A stretch of DNA of 44,351 bases from an uncultured Bacilli bacterium. GTDB taxonomy: Bacteria > Bacillota_I > Bacilli_A > RF39 > UBA660. Position 1 is the stretch's first letter. Every line of letters begins with the position of its first letter. The position numbers were made by a program, and so were the translations under genes. The notes under the pieces were generated by a model. It searched no databases. It saw only the letters and a program-made list of their open reading frames with translations, and was not told the origin of the DNA. This document shows positions 1-12,219 of this stretch, piece after piece. The DNA lies in assembly GCA_947632395.1 (NCBI GenBank), contig CANRPA010000005.1:1-44351 (forward strand), in the 5' to 3' direction.

Positions 1-195
1 GTTATAGAATTAAATTATGATGTTAATTATAAATTTTCTTTTAATAAAACTGCTCCTCTTTTCAATCAAATAAATAATGACATAACTAGAAATTTAATCA
101 CTTATATTTATATTAATTATATAAACAAGGATAATAATATTAATCATTTTTTTGAAAATGAGATAAATGAAATTTTAAATGGAACAAATAATTAA
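1..195 (+). CDS. 3' end of a hypothetical protein (truncated by window)
   Basis: Frame 1 is open from base 1 to TAA at 193-195 and is followed by a terminator-like hairpin. Confidence 0.5.
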   Translation, partial: VIELNYDVNYKFSFNKTAPLFNQINNDITRNLITYIYINYINKDNNINHFFENEINEILNGTNN

Positions 196-219
196 TTATA
201 TAGTGATATTTAATAACAT

Positions 220-248
220 AAGCTTTTGAATTTTTTCAAAGGCTTTTT
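220..248 (+). terminator. Rho-independent terminator
   Basis: aagcttttgaa / ttcaaaggctt hairpin followed by a T run. Confidence 0.6.
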
Positions 249-397
249 ATATTACTTACTATAAAACTCAAAAGTTAAATTAAAATAATATTGAGGGAAA
301 TATATTTACATAACCTATTATATTGCAATCAGACTTATTTCTGTTCTTAATAAAAAAGAGAAAAATTAACGAAATTTATAAAAAATGCAAAAAAGTG

Positions 398-426
398 TTG
401 ATTTTTATAATTAAATAGCGTATAAT
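398..426 (+). promoter_or_regulatory. Sigma-A promoter of S10 operon
   Basis: TTGATT (398-403), 17-bp spacer, TATAAT (421-426). Confidence 0.75.
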
Positions 427-435
427 TTTTATATG

Positions 436-535
436 TGTGGCGTGCGTTGATGTGTAAGGTTGCTGATACACCAGGTTAAGTTGTTAGAAAAAATAATCTG
501 TGAATTAGGTTTTTACACGGAGCAAGTCTATACTA
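436..535 (+). promoter_or_regulatory. S10 operon leader RNA
   Basis: GC-richer 5' UTR with ggttgctga-acacc and ttttacacggag segments, resembling the Firmicute S10 leader. Confidence 0.55.
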
Positions 536-560
536 GATATAGGCGAAGGGAGGATACAAG

Positions 561-869
561 ATGTCAAAAACTAAAATTCGTATCAAATTAAAATCGTTTG
601 AACATAAAAGTTTAGACAAAGCTTGCGCTAAAATCGTTGAAACTGTTAAAAGAAATGGTGGTACAGTAGTTGGACCAGTTCCACTACCAACAGAAGTTGA
701 AAAAATCACTATCTTAAGAGCAGTTCACAAAGATAAAGATTCACGTGAGCAATTTGAGAGAAGAACACACAAAAGACTAGTAGATATCGTTGATCCATCA
801 AAGGAAACTATTGAAGCATTAGCTCATTTAGATATTCCAAGTGGTGTTGATATCAAAATAATTAAATAA
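561..869 (+). CDS. rpsJ: 30S ribosomal protein S10
   Basis: GPVPLPT and SREQFE motifs; first gene of operon. Confidence 0.99.
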   Translation: MSKTKIRIKLKSFEHKSLDKACAKIVETVKRNGGTVVGPVPLPTEVEKITILRAVHKDKDSREQFERRTHKRLVDIVDPSKETIEALAHLDIPSGVDIKIIK

Positions 870-880
870 GGAGGATATAT

Positions 881-1696
881 ATGAAAGGAATCTTAGGTCG
901 TAAAATTGGAATGACTCAAGTATTTACTGAATCTGGTAAATTAATTCCTGTAACTGTTGTTGAAGTTGAAAAAAATGTTGTAACACAAATTAAAACAAAA
1001 GAAAATGATGGTTATGATGCAATTCAATTAGGATTTGGAAATACAAGAGAAAAGTTAGCGACTAAAGCTTCTGCTGGACATACAGCAAAAGCACAAACTA
1101 CACCTAAGCGCTTCTTTAAAGAAATAAAAGGTGTAGATATCAATTCATATACTCTAGGACAAGAAATATCAGCTGATATTTTTACTCCAGGAGAAGTGGT
1201 TGATGTAACTGGAACTACTAAAGGAAAAGGGTTCCAAGGTGTTATTAAAAGACATGGACAAAGTAGAGGACCTATGGGACATGGTTCACATTATCATAGA
1301 AGACCAGGTTCAATGGGAACAATGAGACCAATGCGTGTTTTCAAAGGTAAAAAATTAGCAGGACATATGGGAACACTTACAGTAACAATTCAAAACTTAG
1401 AAATAGTTGCTGTAGATATTGAAAATAATGTAATATTAGTAAGCGGTAATATACCAGGACCTAAAAAAGGTTTAGTAGTTATCAAGAGTGCTGTTAAAGG
1501 TAATGGTAAAGTAAACGAAATGGAAAACTTAATTTCTTATGATGAACCAGTAGTAGTTGAAGAACCAACAACTGAAGAAACTACTACAAAAGAAACACCA
1601 GTGGTTGAAGAACCTATAGCAGAGGAAGAATCTACTGTTGAAGAAACAGAAAATGAAGAATCTGCAGTAGAAGAAACTACTAAGGAAGAAAATTAG
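881..1696 (+). CDS. rplC: 50S ribosomal protein L3 with acidic C-terminal tail
   Basis: [22 protein letters not shown]. Confidence 0.99.
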   Translation: MKGILGRKIGMTQVFTESGKLIPVTVVEVEKNVVTQIKTKENDGYDAIQLGFGNTREKLATKASAGHTAKAQTTPKRFFKEIKGVDINSYTLGQEISADIFTPGEVVDVTGTTKGKGFQGVIKRHGQSRGPMGHGSHYHRRPGSMGTMRPMRVFKGKKLAGHMGTLTVTIQNLEIVAVDIENNVILVSGNIPGPKKGLVVIKSAVKGNGKVNEMENLISYDEPVVVEEPTTEETTTKETPVVEEPIAEEESTVEETENEESAVEETTKEEN

Positions 1697-1710
1697 TAGG
1701 GAGGATACAT

Positions 1711-2334
1711 ATGAACAAAATAGATGTATTAAACACAAATGGTGAAAAAGTAAAAGATATTACATTAAGTAAAGAAGTATTTGGTATTGTTCCAAATGAT
1801 GCAGTATTATACGATGCTATTAAATTAGCTCAAAATAATGCTCGTCAAGGTACTAGAGGAGTTAAAGGACGTTCTGATGTTTCTGGTGGAGGAAGAAAAC
1901 CATGGAGACAAAAAGGAACAGGTCGTGCTCGCCAAGGTTCAACTCGTGCACCACATTGGTATCATGGTGGTTGGGCATTTGGAAACCAAGTTAGAAATTA
2001 TGAAACTAAACAGAATAAAAAAGAAAGAATTATTGCTTTAAAATCTGCTTTAGCTTACAAAGTAATTAATAAAGAATTAATTATAGTTGATTCATTTGGA
2101 CTTGAATCAAATAAAACTAAAGATATGAAAAATATTTTAAATAACTTTAAAGTTGAAAGAAACGTATTAATAGTTGTTTCAGAATTAAATGATAATTTAA
2201 TATTAGCTACTCGTAATTTAAATAATGTTTTATTATTAGAAGCAAATGAAATCAACGTATTAGATTTAGTTTCTGCAAACTTAGTAATAGCAGAAGAAAG
2301 TGCTATTAAAGAAATAGAGGAGGCTTTAGCATAA
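1711..2334 (+). CDS. rplD: 50S ribosomal protein L4
   Basis: [19 protein letters not shown]. Confidence 0.99.
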   Translation: MNKIDVLNTNGEKVKDITLSKEVFGIVPNDAVLYDAIKLAQNNARQGTRGVKGRSDVSGGGRKPWRQKGTGRARQGSTRAPHWYHGGWAFGNQVRNYETKQNKKERIIALKSALAYKVINKELIIVDSFGLESNKTKDMKNILNNFKVERNVLIVVSELNDNLILATRNLNNVLLLEANEINVLDLVSANLVIAEESAIKEIEEALA

Positions 2335-2615
2335 TGAATAATTATAGAGATATAATAAAAGCTCCAATTATTACTGAAAAAACTGCAAATTTAAGCCAAA
2401 ATGGAAACATTGTAACTTTTAGTGTAGACCCTAAAGCTAATAAAACTCAAATTAAACAAGCTGTAGAAAAAATCTTTGATGTAAAAGTAGAAAGCGTAAA
2501 TACAATAAATGTTAAACCTAGAAAAAAAAGAGTAGGACGTTATGCTGGACTTACTAATAGAAAGAAAAAAGCTATAGTTACATTAAAAGAAGGAAGTTCA
2601 ATAGAACTTAACTAA
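2334..2615 (+). CDS. rplW: 50S ribosomal protein L23
   Basis: [14 protein letters not shown]; gene order. Confidence 0.99.
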   Translation: MNNYRDIIKAPIITEKTANLSQNGNIVTFSVDPKANKTQIKQAVEKIFDVKVESVNTINVKPRKKRVGRYAGLTNRKKKAIVTLKEGSSIELN

Positions 2616-2633
2616 TGTAAGGAGGGAATTAGA

Positions 2634-3464
2634 GTGGCAATCAAAAGTTATAAATCAACAACTAATGGTAGACGTGGAATGACTACTTTGGATAATACTG
2701 AATTAACTAAAGTAGCACCAGAAAAATCATTACTTGTTACATTAAAGAAAAATGGTGGTCGTAATAATCAAGGTAAAATAACTGTTCGTCATCAAGGCGG
2801 AGGAGCAAAAAGAAAATACCGTATTATTGATTTCAAAAGAGTTAAAGATGGTGTTGTAGGAACTGTAGCATCTATAGAATATGATCCAAACAGAACATCA
2901 AATATAGCTTTGATTAAATACGCAGATGGAGAAAAAACTTATATAATCGCTCCAAAAGGGTTAAAAGTTGGAGATAAAATTGAAAGTGGAGAAAAAGCAG
3001 ATATCAAAACTGGTAACTGTTTACCACTAGCAAATATTCCAGAAGGTACTTTAGTTCACTGTGTTGAATTAAAAGCTGGAAAAGGAGCACAAATGGCTCG
3101 TTCAGCAGGATCAAGTGTACAAATACTTGGTTTTGAAGGAAAATATGCATTACTACGTTTAACTAGTGGTGAAGTTCGTAAAGTATTAAGTACTTGCCGT
3201 GCAACTATTGGTGAAGTAGGAAATGAAGATAATGAATTAGTAAATTTAGGTAAAGCTGGTCGTAAAAGACATATGGGAATTCGTCCAACAGTTCGTGGAT
3301 CAGTTATGAATCCTAATGATCACCCTCATGGTGGTGGTGAAGGTAGAGCTCCAGTAGGACACAAAGGACCTCTTACACCTTGGGGAAAACCTGCACTTGG
3401 ATATAAAACTCGTAAAGGTAAAAAACAATCAGATGACTTAATAGTTCATCGCCGTAAAAAATAG
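2634..3464 (+). CDS. rplB: 50S ribosomal protein L2
   Basis: [18 protein letters not shown]. Confidence 0.99.
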   Translation: MAIKSYKSTTNGRRGMTTLDNTELTKVAPEKSLLVTLKKNGGRNNQGKITVRHQGGGAKRKYRIIDFKRVKDGVVGTVASIEYDPNRTSNIALIKYADGEKTYIIAPKGLKVGDKIESGEKADIKTGNCLPLANIPEGTLVHCVELKAGKGAQMARSAGSSVQILGFEGKYALLRLTSGEVRKVLSTCRATIGEVGNEDNELVNLGKAGRKRHMGIRPTVRGSVMNPNDHPHGGGEGRAPVGHKGPLTPWGKPALGYKTRKGKKQSDDLIVHRRKK

Positions 3465-3480
3465 GAAAGGATGGTAACTA

Positions 3481-3753
3481 ATGACTAGGAGTTTAAAAAA
3501 AGGACCTTTTGCAGATGAAAGTCTAATGAAAAAAGTTCAAAAGGTAAATGAATCTGAAAAAAAAGAAGTTATAAAAACTTGGTCACGCCGTTCAACAATA
3601 TTTCCTGAATTTATAGGTAACACATTTGCAGTTCATAATGGAAAAGAATTTGTTCCAGTATATGTTACTGAAGATATGGTAGGACACAAATTAGGTGAAT
3701 TCGTTGCTACTCGTAAATTCGGTGGTCACGGTGATGACAAAGATAAAAAATAG
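3481..3753 (+). CDS. rpsS: 30S ribosomal protein S19
   Basis: [17 protein letters not shown]. Confidence 0.99.
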   Translation: MTRSLKKGPFADESLMKKVQKVNESEKKEVIKTWSRRSTIFPEFIGNTFAVHNGKEFVPVYVTEDMVGHKLGEFVATRKFGGHGDDKDKK

Positions 3754-3777
3754 AAAAACCTAGGAAGGAAGGAATTT

Positions 3778-4113
3778 ATGGAAGCAAGAGCAATCGCAAA
3801 AGGGCTTAGAATCCCTCCACGCAAAGCACGACTAGTAATTGATTTAGTACGTGGTAAAGACGTGGCAGAAGCAGAAAAAATTTGTAGTAATTACAATAGT
3901 GAAGCTGCTAGATTAACTTTAAAAGTGTTAACTTCAGCAGTAGCAAATGCTTGTAACAACTTAGGTTTAGATAAAACTAAATTATATGTTAGTAAAGCAT
4001 ATGTTGATGAAGGTCAAACATTGAAAAGAATGAATTTTGGTTCTCGTGGACATATAGATCCAATAAAAAAGAGAACATGTCATATTACAATTGTTGTAAG
4101 TGAAAAAAACTAA
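3778..4113 (+). CDS. rplV: 50S ribosomal protein L22
   Basis: PRKARLVIDLVRG, KRTCHITIVV. Confidence 0.99.
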   Translation: MEARAIAKGLRIPPRKARLVIDLVRGKDVAEAEKICSNYNSEAARLTLKVLTSAVANACNNLGLDKTKLYVSKAYVDEGQTLKRMNFGSRGHIDPIKKRTCHITIVVSEKN

Positions 4114-4131
4114 GGTAAAGGAGGAAAACTT

Positions 4132-4809
4132 GTGGGTCAAAAAGTTAGTCCAGTGGGACTTAGAATAGGCGTTAACAAATCTTGGCAATCAACTTGGTAT
4201 GCAGAAGGAAAAGATAATGCTAAGTATATTAAAAATGATGACAAGATTCGTAAAATGTTAGAGAAAAAACTAAAAGACGCATCAGTTTCAAGTATTCTTA
4301 TTGAAAGAGACACTAAGAAGACTAATGTTGTTATAAATACAGCTAAACCTGGAGTTGTTATTGGTCATGGTGGAGATGAAATTGATAAACTTAAAAATGA
4401 ATTGTCAAAACTAGTAGATGAAAATATTCAAATTTCAATAAAAGAAGTTAAAAATCCAGATTTAGATGCTGCACTAGTTGCAGAAAATATCGCACGCCAA
4501 ATAGAAGGTCGTGTATCATTTAGAATAGCTCAAAAAAGAGCAATTAGAAATACAATGAAAGCAGGAGCAAAAGGAATTACAACTTCTGTGTCTGGACGTT
4601 TAGGAGGAGCTGATATGGCTCGTACTGAAGGATATACAGAAGGTAGCGTTCCTCGTCATACTTTAAGATCTGATATTGATTATGCTTGGAAAGAAGCAAA
4701 TACTACTTATGGTAAAATTGGTGTAAAAGTATGGATTTGCAAAGGTGAAATACTTCCTGCAAAAAATAAGGGAGGTAATCAAGATGGCAGTAATTCCAAA
4801 AAGAACTAA
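4132..4809 (+). CDS. rpsC: 30S ribosomal protein S3
   Basis: [21 protein letters not shown]. Confidence 0.99.
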   Translation: MGQKVSPVGLRIGVNKSWQSTWYAEGKDNAKYIKNDDKIRKMLEKKLKDASVSSILIERDTKKTNVVINTAKPGVVIGHGGDEIDKLKNELSKLVDENIQISIKEVKNPDLDAALVAENIARQIEGRVSFRIAQKRAIRNTMKAGAKGITTSVSGRLGGADMARTEGYTEGSVPRHTLRSDIDYAWKEANTTYGKIGVKVWICKGEILPAKNKGGNQDGSNSKKN

Positions 4810-5212
4810 ACATCGTTGCGTACATAGACTTCCTTATGATGGAAAAGCAAAAGGAAATACAGAGTTACACTTCGGTGAATATGGTTTAATGGCACTTGAA
4901 GGAGCTTGGATTACAGATAGACAAATCGAAGCTGCCAGAATTGCTATGACTCGTTATATGAAACGTGGAGGAAAAGTTTGGATAAATATATTTCCACATC
5001 TTTCATTAACTAAAAAACCACTTGAAACTCGTCAAGGTAAAGGTAAAGGTTCTCATGATGCATGGGTTGCAGTAGTTAAACAAGGAAAAATTATGTTTGA
5101 AATAGCTGAAGTTGAAGAAGCTATAGCACGTGAAGCATTAAGACTTGCTATGCATAAACTTCCTGTCAAATGTAAATTTGTAAAAAAAGAAAGTGGTGAA
5201 AGTAATGACTAA
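4784..5212 (+). CDS. rplP: 50S ribosomal protein L16
   Basis: [12 protein letters not shown]; start moved to ATG 4784 behind GGAGG. Confidence 0.98.
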   Translation: MAVIPKRTKHRCVHRLPYDGKAKGNTELHFGEYGLMALEGAWITDRQIEAARIAMTRYMKRGGKVWINIFPHLSLTKKPLETRQGKGKGSHDAWVAVVKQGKIMFEIAEVEEAIAREALRLAMHKLPVKCKFVKKESGESND

Positions 5213-5399
5213 CAAAGAAATAAGAGAATTATCTAATGAGGAAATACTTTCAAAAATTGAAGAATCAAAAGAAGAATTATTTAACTTACGTTTGAAACAA
5301 GCAACAGGATCTTTAGAAAAACCTTCAAGAATAACAGAATTAAGAAAGTTAGTTGCACGTATGAAAACAATCTTACGTGAAAGAGAATTAACTAAATAA
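5205..5399 (+). CDS. rpmC: 50S ribosomal protein L29
   Basis: [12 protein letters not shown]; ATG 5205 preferred. Confidence 0.97.
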   Translation: MTNKEIRELSNEEILSKIEESKEELFNLRLKQATGSLEKPSRITELRKLVARMKTILRERELTK

Positions 5400-5410
5400 T
5401 AGGAGGAAAT

Positions 5411-5671
5411 ATGGAAGAAAAAAGAGCACACGAATTAGTTGGAACTGTTGTAAGTGATGTAAACGATAAAACTATTACAGTTTTAGTAGAAACTTACAAA
5501 AATGATAGATTATATAAAAAACGAGTTAAATATTCTAAAAAATATACTGCACATGATGAAAAGAACGAAGCTAAAAAAGGTGATAAAGTCCTTATAGCTG
5601 AAACAAGACCATTATCAAAAACTAAACATTTCCGTTTAGTAAAAGTTATAGAAAAAGCAATTATTTTATAA
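5411..5671 (+). CDS. rpsQ: 30S ribosomal protein S17
   Basis: [15 protein letters not shown]. Confidence 0.99.
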   Translation: MEEKRAHELVGTVVSDVNDKTITVLVETYKNDRLYKKRVKYSKKYTAHDEKNEAKKGDKVLIAETRPLSKTKHFRLVKVIEKAIIL

Positions 5672-5696
5672 TTGAACGAGTGAAGGAGGATAATAT

Positions 5697-6065
5697 ATGA
5701 TTCAACAAGAAAGCCGTTTAAAAGTAGCTGACAACTCAGGAGCAAGAGAATTATCTGTAATTCGTGTTCTTGGAGGCTCAAAAGTTAAAACTGGAAATAT
5801 TGGAGATATAGTAGTTGCTACTGTAAAAAAAGCAACACCTAATGGAACTGTTGACAAAGGTAAAGTTGTTAAAGCAGTTGTAGTTAGAAGTAAATTTGGT
5901 CTAAGAAGAGAAGATGGATCATACATCAAATTTGATGATAACGCTGCTGTTATTGTTAAAGAAGATAAGAGTCCAGTTGGAACTCGTGTATTTGGACCAG
6001 TAGCACGTGAATTACGTGATTTAGGTTTTAATAAAATCATATCACTAGCTAAAGAAGTGTTATAG
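5697..6065 (+). CDS. rplN: 50S ribosomal protein L14
   Basis: [20 protein letters not shown]. Confidence 0.99.
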   Translation: MIQQESRLKVADNSGARELSVIRVLGGSKVKTGNIGDIVVATVKKATPNGTVDKGKVVKAVVVRSKFGLRREDGSYIKFDDNAAVIVKEDKSPVGTRVFGPVARELRDLGFNKIISLAKEVL

Positions 6066-6082
6066 AGTTTGGAGGCAGAAAG

Positions 6083-6391
6083 ATGAATTTTAAAACTGGA
6101 GATAAAGTAGTTGTCATTTCTGGTAAGGATAAAGGTAAAGAAGGAAAAATCATAAGTGTATTACGTAACGAAAATAGAGTAGTTGTTGAGGGAATTAACA
6201 TGGTAAAAAAACATGTTAAAGGAAATGGACAACAAGCTGGAAGCATCAATGATGTAGAGGCACCTATTCATGCTTCAAACGTAATGATTATAGATCCTAA
6301 AACTAAAAAGCCTACTAGAATAGGACACAGTGTAAATAAAGACGGAAAGAAAATTAGAGTAACTAAAAAATCTAATTCAAGTCTTGATTAA
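6083..6391 (+). CDS. rplX: 50S ribosomal protein L24
   Basis: [14 protein letters not shown] (KOW motif). Confidence 0.99.
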   Translation: MNFKTGDKVVVISGKDKGKEGKIISVLRNENRVVVEGINMVKKHVKGNGQQAGSINDVEAPIHASNVMIIDPKTKKPTRIGHSVNKDGKKIRVTKKSNSSLD

Positions 6392-6408
6392 TTGGAAGGA
6401 GGGTATAT

Positions 6409-6948
6409 ATGAACCGCCTAAAAGAAAAGTATGTTAAAACAATCGTATCCGATTTAATGAGTAAACATAATTATAAAAATATTATGGAAGTACCTAAATT
6501 AGAGAAAATCGTAGTTAATATTGGTTGTGGAGATGCTACTTCTAATTCTAAATTATTAGAAGCTGCTATGAAAGATCTTGAAATAATAACAGGACAAAAA
6601 CCAGTTGCTACAAAAGCTAAAAAATCAATAGCAGGATTTAAACTTAGACAAGGTCAAGCTATTGGTTGTAAGGTAACTTTACGTGGGGATAATATGTATA
6701 ACTTCTTAGATAAATTAATTAGTATTACATTACCTCGTGTAAGAGATTTTAGAGGTATATCTAATAAGGCATTTGATGGGAGAGGTAATTATACGTTAGG
6801 TTTAACTGAACAATTAATATTCCCAGAAATCGAATATGATAATGTAGTTAAAGTACGTGGTATGGACATAGTTTTTGTAACAAGTGCAAAAACTGATGCT
6901 GAAGCGTTAGAACTCTTAAAAGGTTTCGGAATGCCATTTAAGAAATAA
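6409..6948 (+). CDS. rplE: 50S ribosomal protein L5
   Basis: [16 protein letters not shown]. Confidence 0.99.
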   Translation: MNRLKEKYVKTIVSDLMSKHNYKNIMEVPKLEKIVVNIGCGDATSNSKLLEAAMKDLEIITGQKPVATKAKKSIAGFKLRQGQAIGCKVTLRGDNMYNFLDKLISITLPRVRDFRGISNKAFDGRGNYTLGLTEQLIFPEIEYDNVVKVRGMDIVFVTSAKTDAEALELLKGFGMPFKK

Positions 6949-6963
6949 ACTTAGGAGGAAATT

Positions 6964-7149
6964 ATGGCTAAGAAAAGTATGAAAATAAAAGCTAGCCGCG
7001 AACCAAAATTTGAAGTACGTAGATATACTCGTTGCAGTCGTTGTGGACGTCCACATGCTGTATTAAAAAAATACGGAATATGCAGAATTTGTTTTCGTGA
7101 ATTAGCTTACAAGGGACAAATACCAGGGATGAAAAAATCAAGCTGGTAG
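6964..7149 (+). CDS. rpsN: 30S ribosomal protein S14, short zinc-binding type
   Basis: 61 aa with CxxC...CxxC. Confidence 0.98.
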   Translation: MAKKSMKIKASREPKFEVRRYTRCSRCGRPHAVLKKYGICRICFRELAYKGQIPGMKKSSW

Positions 7150-7171
7150 TTGATAAGAGAAGGAGGATATT

Positions 7172-7564
7172 ATGGTAACAGATCCAATCGCAGATATGCT
7201 TACTCGTATTCGTAATGCAAATCAAATGCGATATAAAGAAGTTGAAGTTCCCGCTTCAAAAATAAAGAATGAAATCGCTAGAATATTAAAATCTGAAGGA
7301 TTTATAACTGACTATAAAGTAAAGAAAAATAATATTCAAGACATCCTTGTTTTATCACTTAAATATGTAGACAAGGAACGTGTAATTACTGGACTTAAGA
7401 GAATTTCTAAACCAGGATTACGTGTATATGCAAAAGCAGAAGAAGTTCCTACAGTATTAAATGGACTTGGTATAGCAATTATCTCAACATCTAAAGGTGT
7501 TATGACAGATAAAGAAGCTAGAAAAGAATCATTAGGTGGAGAAGTTCTTGCTTATGTTTGGTAG
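7172..7564 (+). CDS. rpsH: 30S ribosomal protein S8
   Basis: [13 protein letters not shown]. Confidence 0.99.
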   Translation: MVTDPIADMLTRIRNANQMRYKEVEVPASKIKNEIARILKSEGFITDYKVKKNNIQDILVLSLKYVDKERVITGLKRISKPGLRVYAKAEEVPTVLNGLGIAIISTSKGVMTDKEARKESLGGEVLAYVW

Positions 7565-7579
7565 AAAGGAAGGAATCTT

Positions 7580-8113
7580 ATGAGTCGAGTTGGAAATAGA
7601 AAATTAAAAATACCAACTGGTGTAACTGTAGCCGTAGATGGAAATGTTGTTACTGTAAAAGGACCAAAAGGTGAACTTTCTACTGTAATAAATGAAAATA
7701 TTACTGTTAATGTAAATGATAATGAAGTTACTTTAACAAGAAAAAATGATAATTTTAAAAATTTTCATGGTACAGCTAATGCAAATATTAGAAATATGAT
7801 AATTGGTGTAACACAAGGATTTGAAAAAAAATTAGAATCTGTTGGTGTTGGTTATCGTTTTCAAATAAAAGGTGCACAGTTAGTAGTAACAGCTGGTTAT
7901 TCACATCCTGTTAATGTTGATGTTCCAGAAGGAATTAAATTAGAAAGTCCAAGTAATACAGAATTATTTATAAGAGGAATAGATAAACAATTAGTAGGAG
8001 AATTTGCAGCTAATGTAAGAAAAATTAGAAAACCTGAGCCATACAAAGGAAAAGGTATTCGTTATGCTGACGAACATATTCGTCGTAAAGAAGGAAAGAA
8101 AGCTTCTAAATAG
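7580..8113 (+). CDS. rplF: 50S ribosomal protein L6
   Basis: [11 protein letters not shown]. Confidence 0.99.
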   Translation: MSRVGNRKLKIPTGVTVAVDGNVVTVKGPKGELSTVINENITVNVNDNEVTLTRKNDNFKNFHGTANANIRNMIIGVTQGFEKKLESVGVGYRFQIKGAQLVVTAGYSHPVNVDVPEGIKLESPSNTELFIRGIDKQLVGEFAANVRKIRKPEPYKGKGIRYADEHIRRKEGKKASK

Positions 8114-8133
8114 TTAGAGTAAAGGAGAGAGTT

Positions 8134-8496
8134 ATGATCAAAAAAGTAGACCGTAATAGCGCTCGTGTTTCAAGACATGAACGTGTTAGAAATAAAGTAG
8201 TTGGTACATCAAGCGTTCCTAGATTGAATGTATATAGATCAAACAGTAATATTTTTGCTCAAATCATTGATGACGAAGCTTCTAAAACTTTAGTAAGTGC
8301 TTCTTCTATAGACAAAGAATTAAAACTTGAAAATGGTGGAAATATCGAAGCCGCACAAAAAGTAGGAGAATTGCTTGCTAAAAGAGCTAAAAAAGCAAAA
8401 ATATCAAAAGTAGTTTTCGATAGAGGTGGATATCTTTATCATGGACGTGTTGAAGCTTTAGCAAACGCAGCACGTGAAAACGGACTAGAATTCTAA
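8134..8496 (+). CDS. rplR: 50S ribosomal protein L18
   Basis: [13 protein letters not shown]. Confidence 0.99.
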   Translation: MIKKVDRNSARVSRHERVRNKVVGTSSVPRLNVYRSNSNIFAQIIDDEASKTLVSASSIDKELKLENGGNIEAAQKVGELLAKRAKKAKISKVVFDRGGYLYHGRVEALANAARENGLEF

Positions 8497-8506
8497 TAGG
8501 AGGGTA

Positions 8507-9121
8507 ATGATGGAAAAAGAAATCGAAAAGGATCTTGAAGTAAAAGATACTGAAAATACTGAGAAATCAGAAAAAGTAGAAAAAACTGATAGAAAACCTC
8601 GTAAATCAAATGGTGAAAAACGTAGTCCACGTCAAAGACAACCAAAACTTTATGAAGAAGAAGTAATATCTATCGGACGTGTTACAAAAGTAACAAAAGG
8701 TGGACGTCATTTCCGCTTCTCAGCAGTTGTAGTAGTTGGAGATAAAAAAGGTAGAGTTGGACTTGGTACTGGAAAATCAAATGAAGTTCCAGATGCAATA
8801 AAAAAAGCAAGTCAAGCTGCAGCTAAAAATGTCGTAAAAGTATCTATAGTTGATGAGCGTACAATACCACATGAAGCAATTGGCGTATGTGGCGCAAGTA
8901 AAGTTATGTTAAAACCTGCTAATAAAGGTACAGGAGTTAAAGCTGGAGGACCAGTTAGATCAGTACTAGAAATGGCTGGTGTTAAAGATATCTTATCTAA
9001 ATCATTAGGATCAAGTACAAAAGTTAATATGGCATATGCAACACTTGAAGCATTAAAATCACAAAAAACATTAGAAGAAGTAGCTCGCCTACGTGGAAAA
9101 AAAGTAGAGGAGATTAGATAA
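8507..9121 (+). CDS. rpsE: 30S ribosomal protein S5 with charged N-terminal extension
   Basis: [10 protein letters not shown]. Confidence 0.99.
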   Translation: MMEKEIEKDLEVKDTENTEKSEKVEKTDRKPRKSNGEKRSPRQRQPKLYEEEVISIGRVTKVTKGGRHFRFSAVVVVGDKKGRVGLGTGKSNEVPDAIKKASQAAAKNVVKVSIVDERTIPHEAIGVCGASKVMLKPANKGTGVKAGGPVRSVLEMAGVKDILSKSLGSSTKVNMAYATLEALKSQKTLEEVARLRGKKVEEIR

Positions 9122-9122
9122 T

Positions 9123-9566
9123 ATGAAATTACATGAATTACGTCCAAGTGAAGGTGCTTTTAAAACTAATAAAAGAGTTGGTCGTGGAGTAGCTTCAGGA
9201 CATGGAAAAACTAGTGGTAAAGGACATAAAGGACAAAATGCTAGAAGTGGCGGAGGAGTAAGACCTGGATTTGAAGGTGGACAATTACCATTATTCAGAC
9301 GTTTACCAAAAAGAGGTTTCTCAAACGCTATGTTTAAAGTTGAATATGCTACAATTAATGTAAGTGATTTAGAAAAATTTGAAAATGGAGCAGTTGTTAC
9401 TCCAGAATTATTAAAAGAAATGGGAATATTAAAAAAACAACTTGCAGGAGTTAAAATATTAGGTAATGGTGAATTAACTAAAAAATTAACTGTAAAAGCA
9501 AATAAATTCTCAAAATCAGCAATTGAAAAAATAGAAGCGATAGGTGGAAAAGCTGAGGTGATTTAA
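9123..9566 (+). CDS. rplO: 50S ribosomal protein L15
   Basis: [18 protein letters not shown]. Confidence 0.99.
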   Translation: MKLHELRPSEGAFKTNKRVGRGVASGHGKTSGKGHKGQNARSGGGVRPGFEGGQLPLFRRLPKRGFSNAMFKVEYATINVSDLEKFENGAVVTPELLKEMGILKKQLAGVKILGNGELTKKLTVKANKFSKSAIEKIEAIGGKAEVI

Positions 9567-9567
9567 T

Positions 9568-10818
9568 ATGTTTGGAAGCGTCAAACAAATATTTACTTCA
9601 AAAAATCGTGATTTGTTAAAAAGAGTTTTATTCACATTATTCGCTTTACTAATATTTAAAATTGGAACAGCTATAGTTGTTCCAGGGGTTAATGTTAGTA
9701 CTTCGGGAATGTCATTTTTGGAAATAATAAATGCTATGAGTGGTGGAGCATTCTCAAATGCATCAATATTTGCACTTGGTGTTACACCATATATAACAGC
9801 GCAAATCATAATTCAATTATTATGTGCAGATATAGTTCCATATTTAGCAGAATTATCAAAACAAGGTGGCGTTGGTAGAAGAAAATTAAACCAAATAACT
9901 AGAGTTACAGGTATATGCCTTGGCTTTTTACAAGGATACCTATATTCATTTGCATATATAGGAAATGGAACTGCAATGGATTATATATTATATTCATTAA
10001 TTCTAACTGCAGGTACAGCACTTCTTATGTGGATAGCAGATGAAATAACTCTAAAAGGTATTGGAAATGGAATGTCATTGATAATAATGGCTGGTATTAT
10101 AAGTGTTTTACCTGGAATGTTTAAAGATTTATGGGTAGAATTAACAGTTAAAGGATTTTTAGGAATAATGACGTTTATTGCTTTTGTATTAGTATTTTTA
10201 GCGATTGTAGTAGGTGTTATTTATGTTGAAACAGCAGAAAGAAGAATACCTATTCAATATGCTAATAAATCAACTAGTACTTTAGGTAAGCAAAGTTATA
10301 TTCCATTTAAATTAAATAGTGCAGGAGTTATGCCAGTAATATTTGCATCTGCATTACTTTCAATACCACAAATTTTATCCGCAGTTATAAAGAAAGATGG
10401 TTTTACATTATTTGTACAAAAGTATTTATCATATACTAATGGTACAGGACTAATTTTATATATAATATTAATCTTTGTATTTGCATATTTATATACATTT
10501 ATGCAACTTAAACCCAAAGAAATGTCTGATAATTTAAATCAAAATGGCGGATACATACCAGGTATAAGACCAGGTAATGAAACTATAAAATATATAAACA
10601 CAGTGTTAACTAGAATAACAATTGTTGGTGCATCATTTTTAACATTGCTTGCAATACTTCCAATATTGTTTGATAAATTTTCTAATTTAGCAACTCAAGT
10701 TACTATTAGTGGTACAGGATTACTTATCGTAGTTGGAGTTGCACTTGAAATATTTAAACAATTTGAAAGTCAATTAATAAGTAGGACTTATACTAGAGGT
10801 AGGAGAGGAAGAAAATGA
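9568..10818 (+). CDS. secY: Preprotein translocase SecY
   Basis: SIFALGVTPYITA, GIGNGMSLII, IPGIRPG. Confidence 0.99.
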   Translation: MFGSVKQIFTSKNRDLLKRVLFTLFALLIFKIGTAIVVPGVNVSTSGMSFLEIINAMSGGAFSNASIFALGVTPYITAQIIIQLLCADIVPYLAELSKQGGVGRRKLNQITRVTGICLGFLQGYLYSFAYIGNGTAMDYILYSLILTAGTALLMWIADEITLKGIGNGMSLIIMAGIISVLPGMFKDLWVELTVKGFLGIMTFIAFVLVFLAIVVGVIYVETAERRIPIQYANKSTSTLGKQSYIPFKLNSAGVMPVIFASALLSIPQILSAVIKKDGFTLFVQKYLSYTNGTGLILYIILIFVFAYLYTFMQLKPKEMSDNLNQNGGYIPGIRPGNETIKYINTVLTRITIVGASFLTLLAILPILFDKFSNLATQVTISGTGLLIVVGVALEIFKQFESQLISRTYTRGRRGRK

Positions 10819-11477
10819 AAAATATAATTTTAATAGCTGCTCCTTCTGCTGGTAAAGGTACTGTGTCAAATTTTTTAACAAAAGAATATGGTATACCTCA
10901 TATATCTACTGGAGATATATTGAGAGAAAAAGCCAAAGAGGATTCAGATTTAGGTAGAGATATTAAATATAAAATTGACAATGGAATATTTGTTAGTGAA
11001 GATATAATTCTCGATATTCTAAAATCTAGAATTCAAGAAGAAGATTGTAACAATGGGTACATTTTAGATGGATTTCCACGAGATGTATCACAGGCAGAAA
11101 GTTATCAAAAAATACTTAAAGAAATAGGAAAAAATATTGGAGTAGTTATCGTTATAGATGTAAGTTTAGAAACTGCTCTAAAAAGAATTGCAGGAAGGGT
11201 AATATGTCCTAAATGCAAAAGCGTTTATAGCACTAATTCAGATGGTGTGAAACCTAAAGTAGATGGTATTTGCGATAAATGTAACGAACCACTTGTAAAA
11301 AGAGTAGATGATAACGAAGAAACATATATGAATAGATATAATACATATATGGAAAAGACATATCCATTAATAGAATATTATGAAAAACAAAATATAGTTT
11401 ATCATGTTGATGGTAATGTAAGTGTTGAATATACTCATAAACAAGTTAAAGAAATTTTAGGAGAAGAAAATGATTAA
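10815..11477 (+). CDS. adk: Adenylate kinase with zinc LID
   Basis: PSAGKGT, HISTGD, LDGFPR, two CxxC. Confidence 0.98.
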   Translation: MKNIILIAAPSAGKGTVSNFLTKEYGIPHISTGDILREKAKEDSDLGRDIKYKIDNGIFVSEDIILDILKSRIQEEDCNNGYILDGFPRDVSQAESYQKILKEIGKNIGVVIVIDVSLETALKRIAGRVICPKCKSVYSTNSDGVKPKVDGICDKCNEPLVKRVDDNEETYMNRYNTYMEKTYPLIEYYEKQNIVYHVDGNVSVEYTHKQVKEILGEEND

Positions 11478-12216
11478 CATTAAAACTCCAAGAGAGATAG
11501 AACTAATGCGCGTAGCTGGTGAAATAGTAGGTGATACACATAAGTATCTAATTCCGTTTTTAAAACCAGGAATTACTACTAAGGAAATAGATTCACTAGC
11601 ACGCGACTATATTATAAAAAGAGATGCGACTCCATCTTGTTATCATTATGAAGGTTATCCAGCAAATATCTGTATTTCAATTAATGAAGAAGTTGTACAT
11701 GGTATTGCTAGTAACAGAAAGTTATGTGATGGGGATATAGTTACTCTAGATATATGTGCTTGCTATAAAGGATATCATGGTGATAGTGCATGGTCATATC
11801 CAATTGGAAATATATCAGAGGAGAAAAAATATTTACTTGAACATACAGAAAAAGCATTATTTAAAGGTTTAGAACAAGTTAAATCAGGAGCTCGTGTTGG
11901 CGATATAGGATATGCTGTTGAAAAATATGCAACAGAACATAACCTAGGAGTAGTAAAAGAATTAGTAGGTCATGGTGTAGGAAATAAATTACACGAAGAT
12001 CCAGATGTTCCTAACTACGGTAAAAAAAATACTGGACCTATCTTAAAAGAAGGAATGGTTATTGCTGTAGAACCCATGTTAAATTTAGGAACTGCAGATG
12101 TTTATTTATTAGATGATGATTGGACAGTAGTTACTGCTGACAATCAGCCGTCAGCTCACTTTGAACATACAGTGTTAATTACCAAAGATGGATATGAAAT
12201 ATTAACAAAGAGGTGA
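11470..12216 (+). CDS. map: Methionine aminopeptidase type I
   Basis: GHGVG..LHEDP, AVEPM, SAHFEHT. Confidence 0.98.
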   Translation: MINIKTPREIELMRVAGEIVGDTHKYLIPFLKPGITTKEIDSLARDYIIKRDATPSCYHYEGYPANICISINEEVVHGIASNRKLCDGDIVTLDICACYKGYHGDSAWSYPIGNISEEKKYLLEHTEKALFKGLEQVKSGARVGDIGYAVEKYATEHNLGVVKELVGHGVGNKLHEDPDVPNYGKKNTGPILKEGMVIAVEPMLNLGTADVYLLDDDWTVVTADNQPSAHFEHTVLITKDGYEILTKR

Positions 12217-12219
12217 AAT

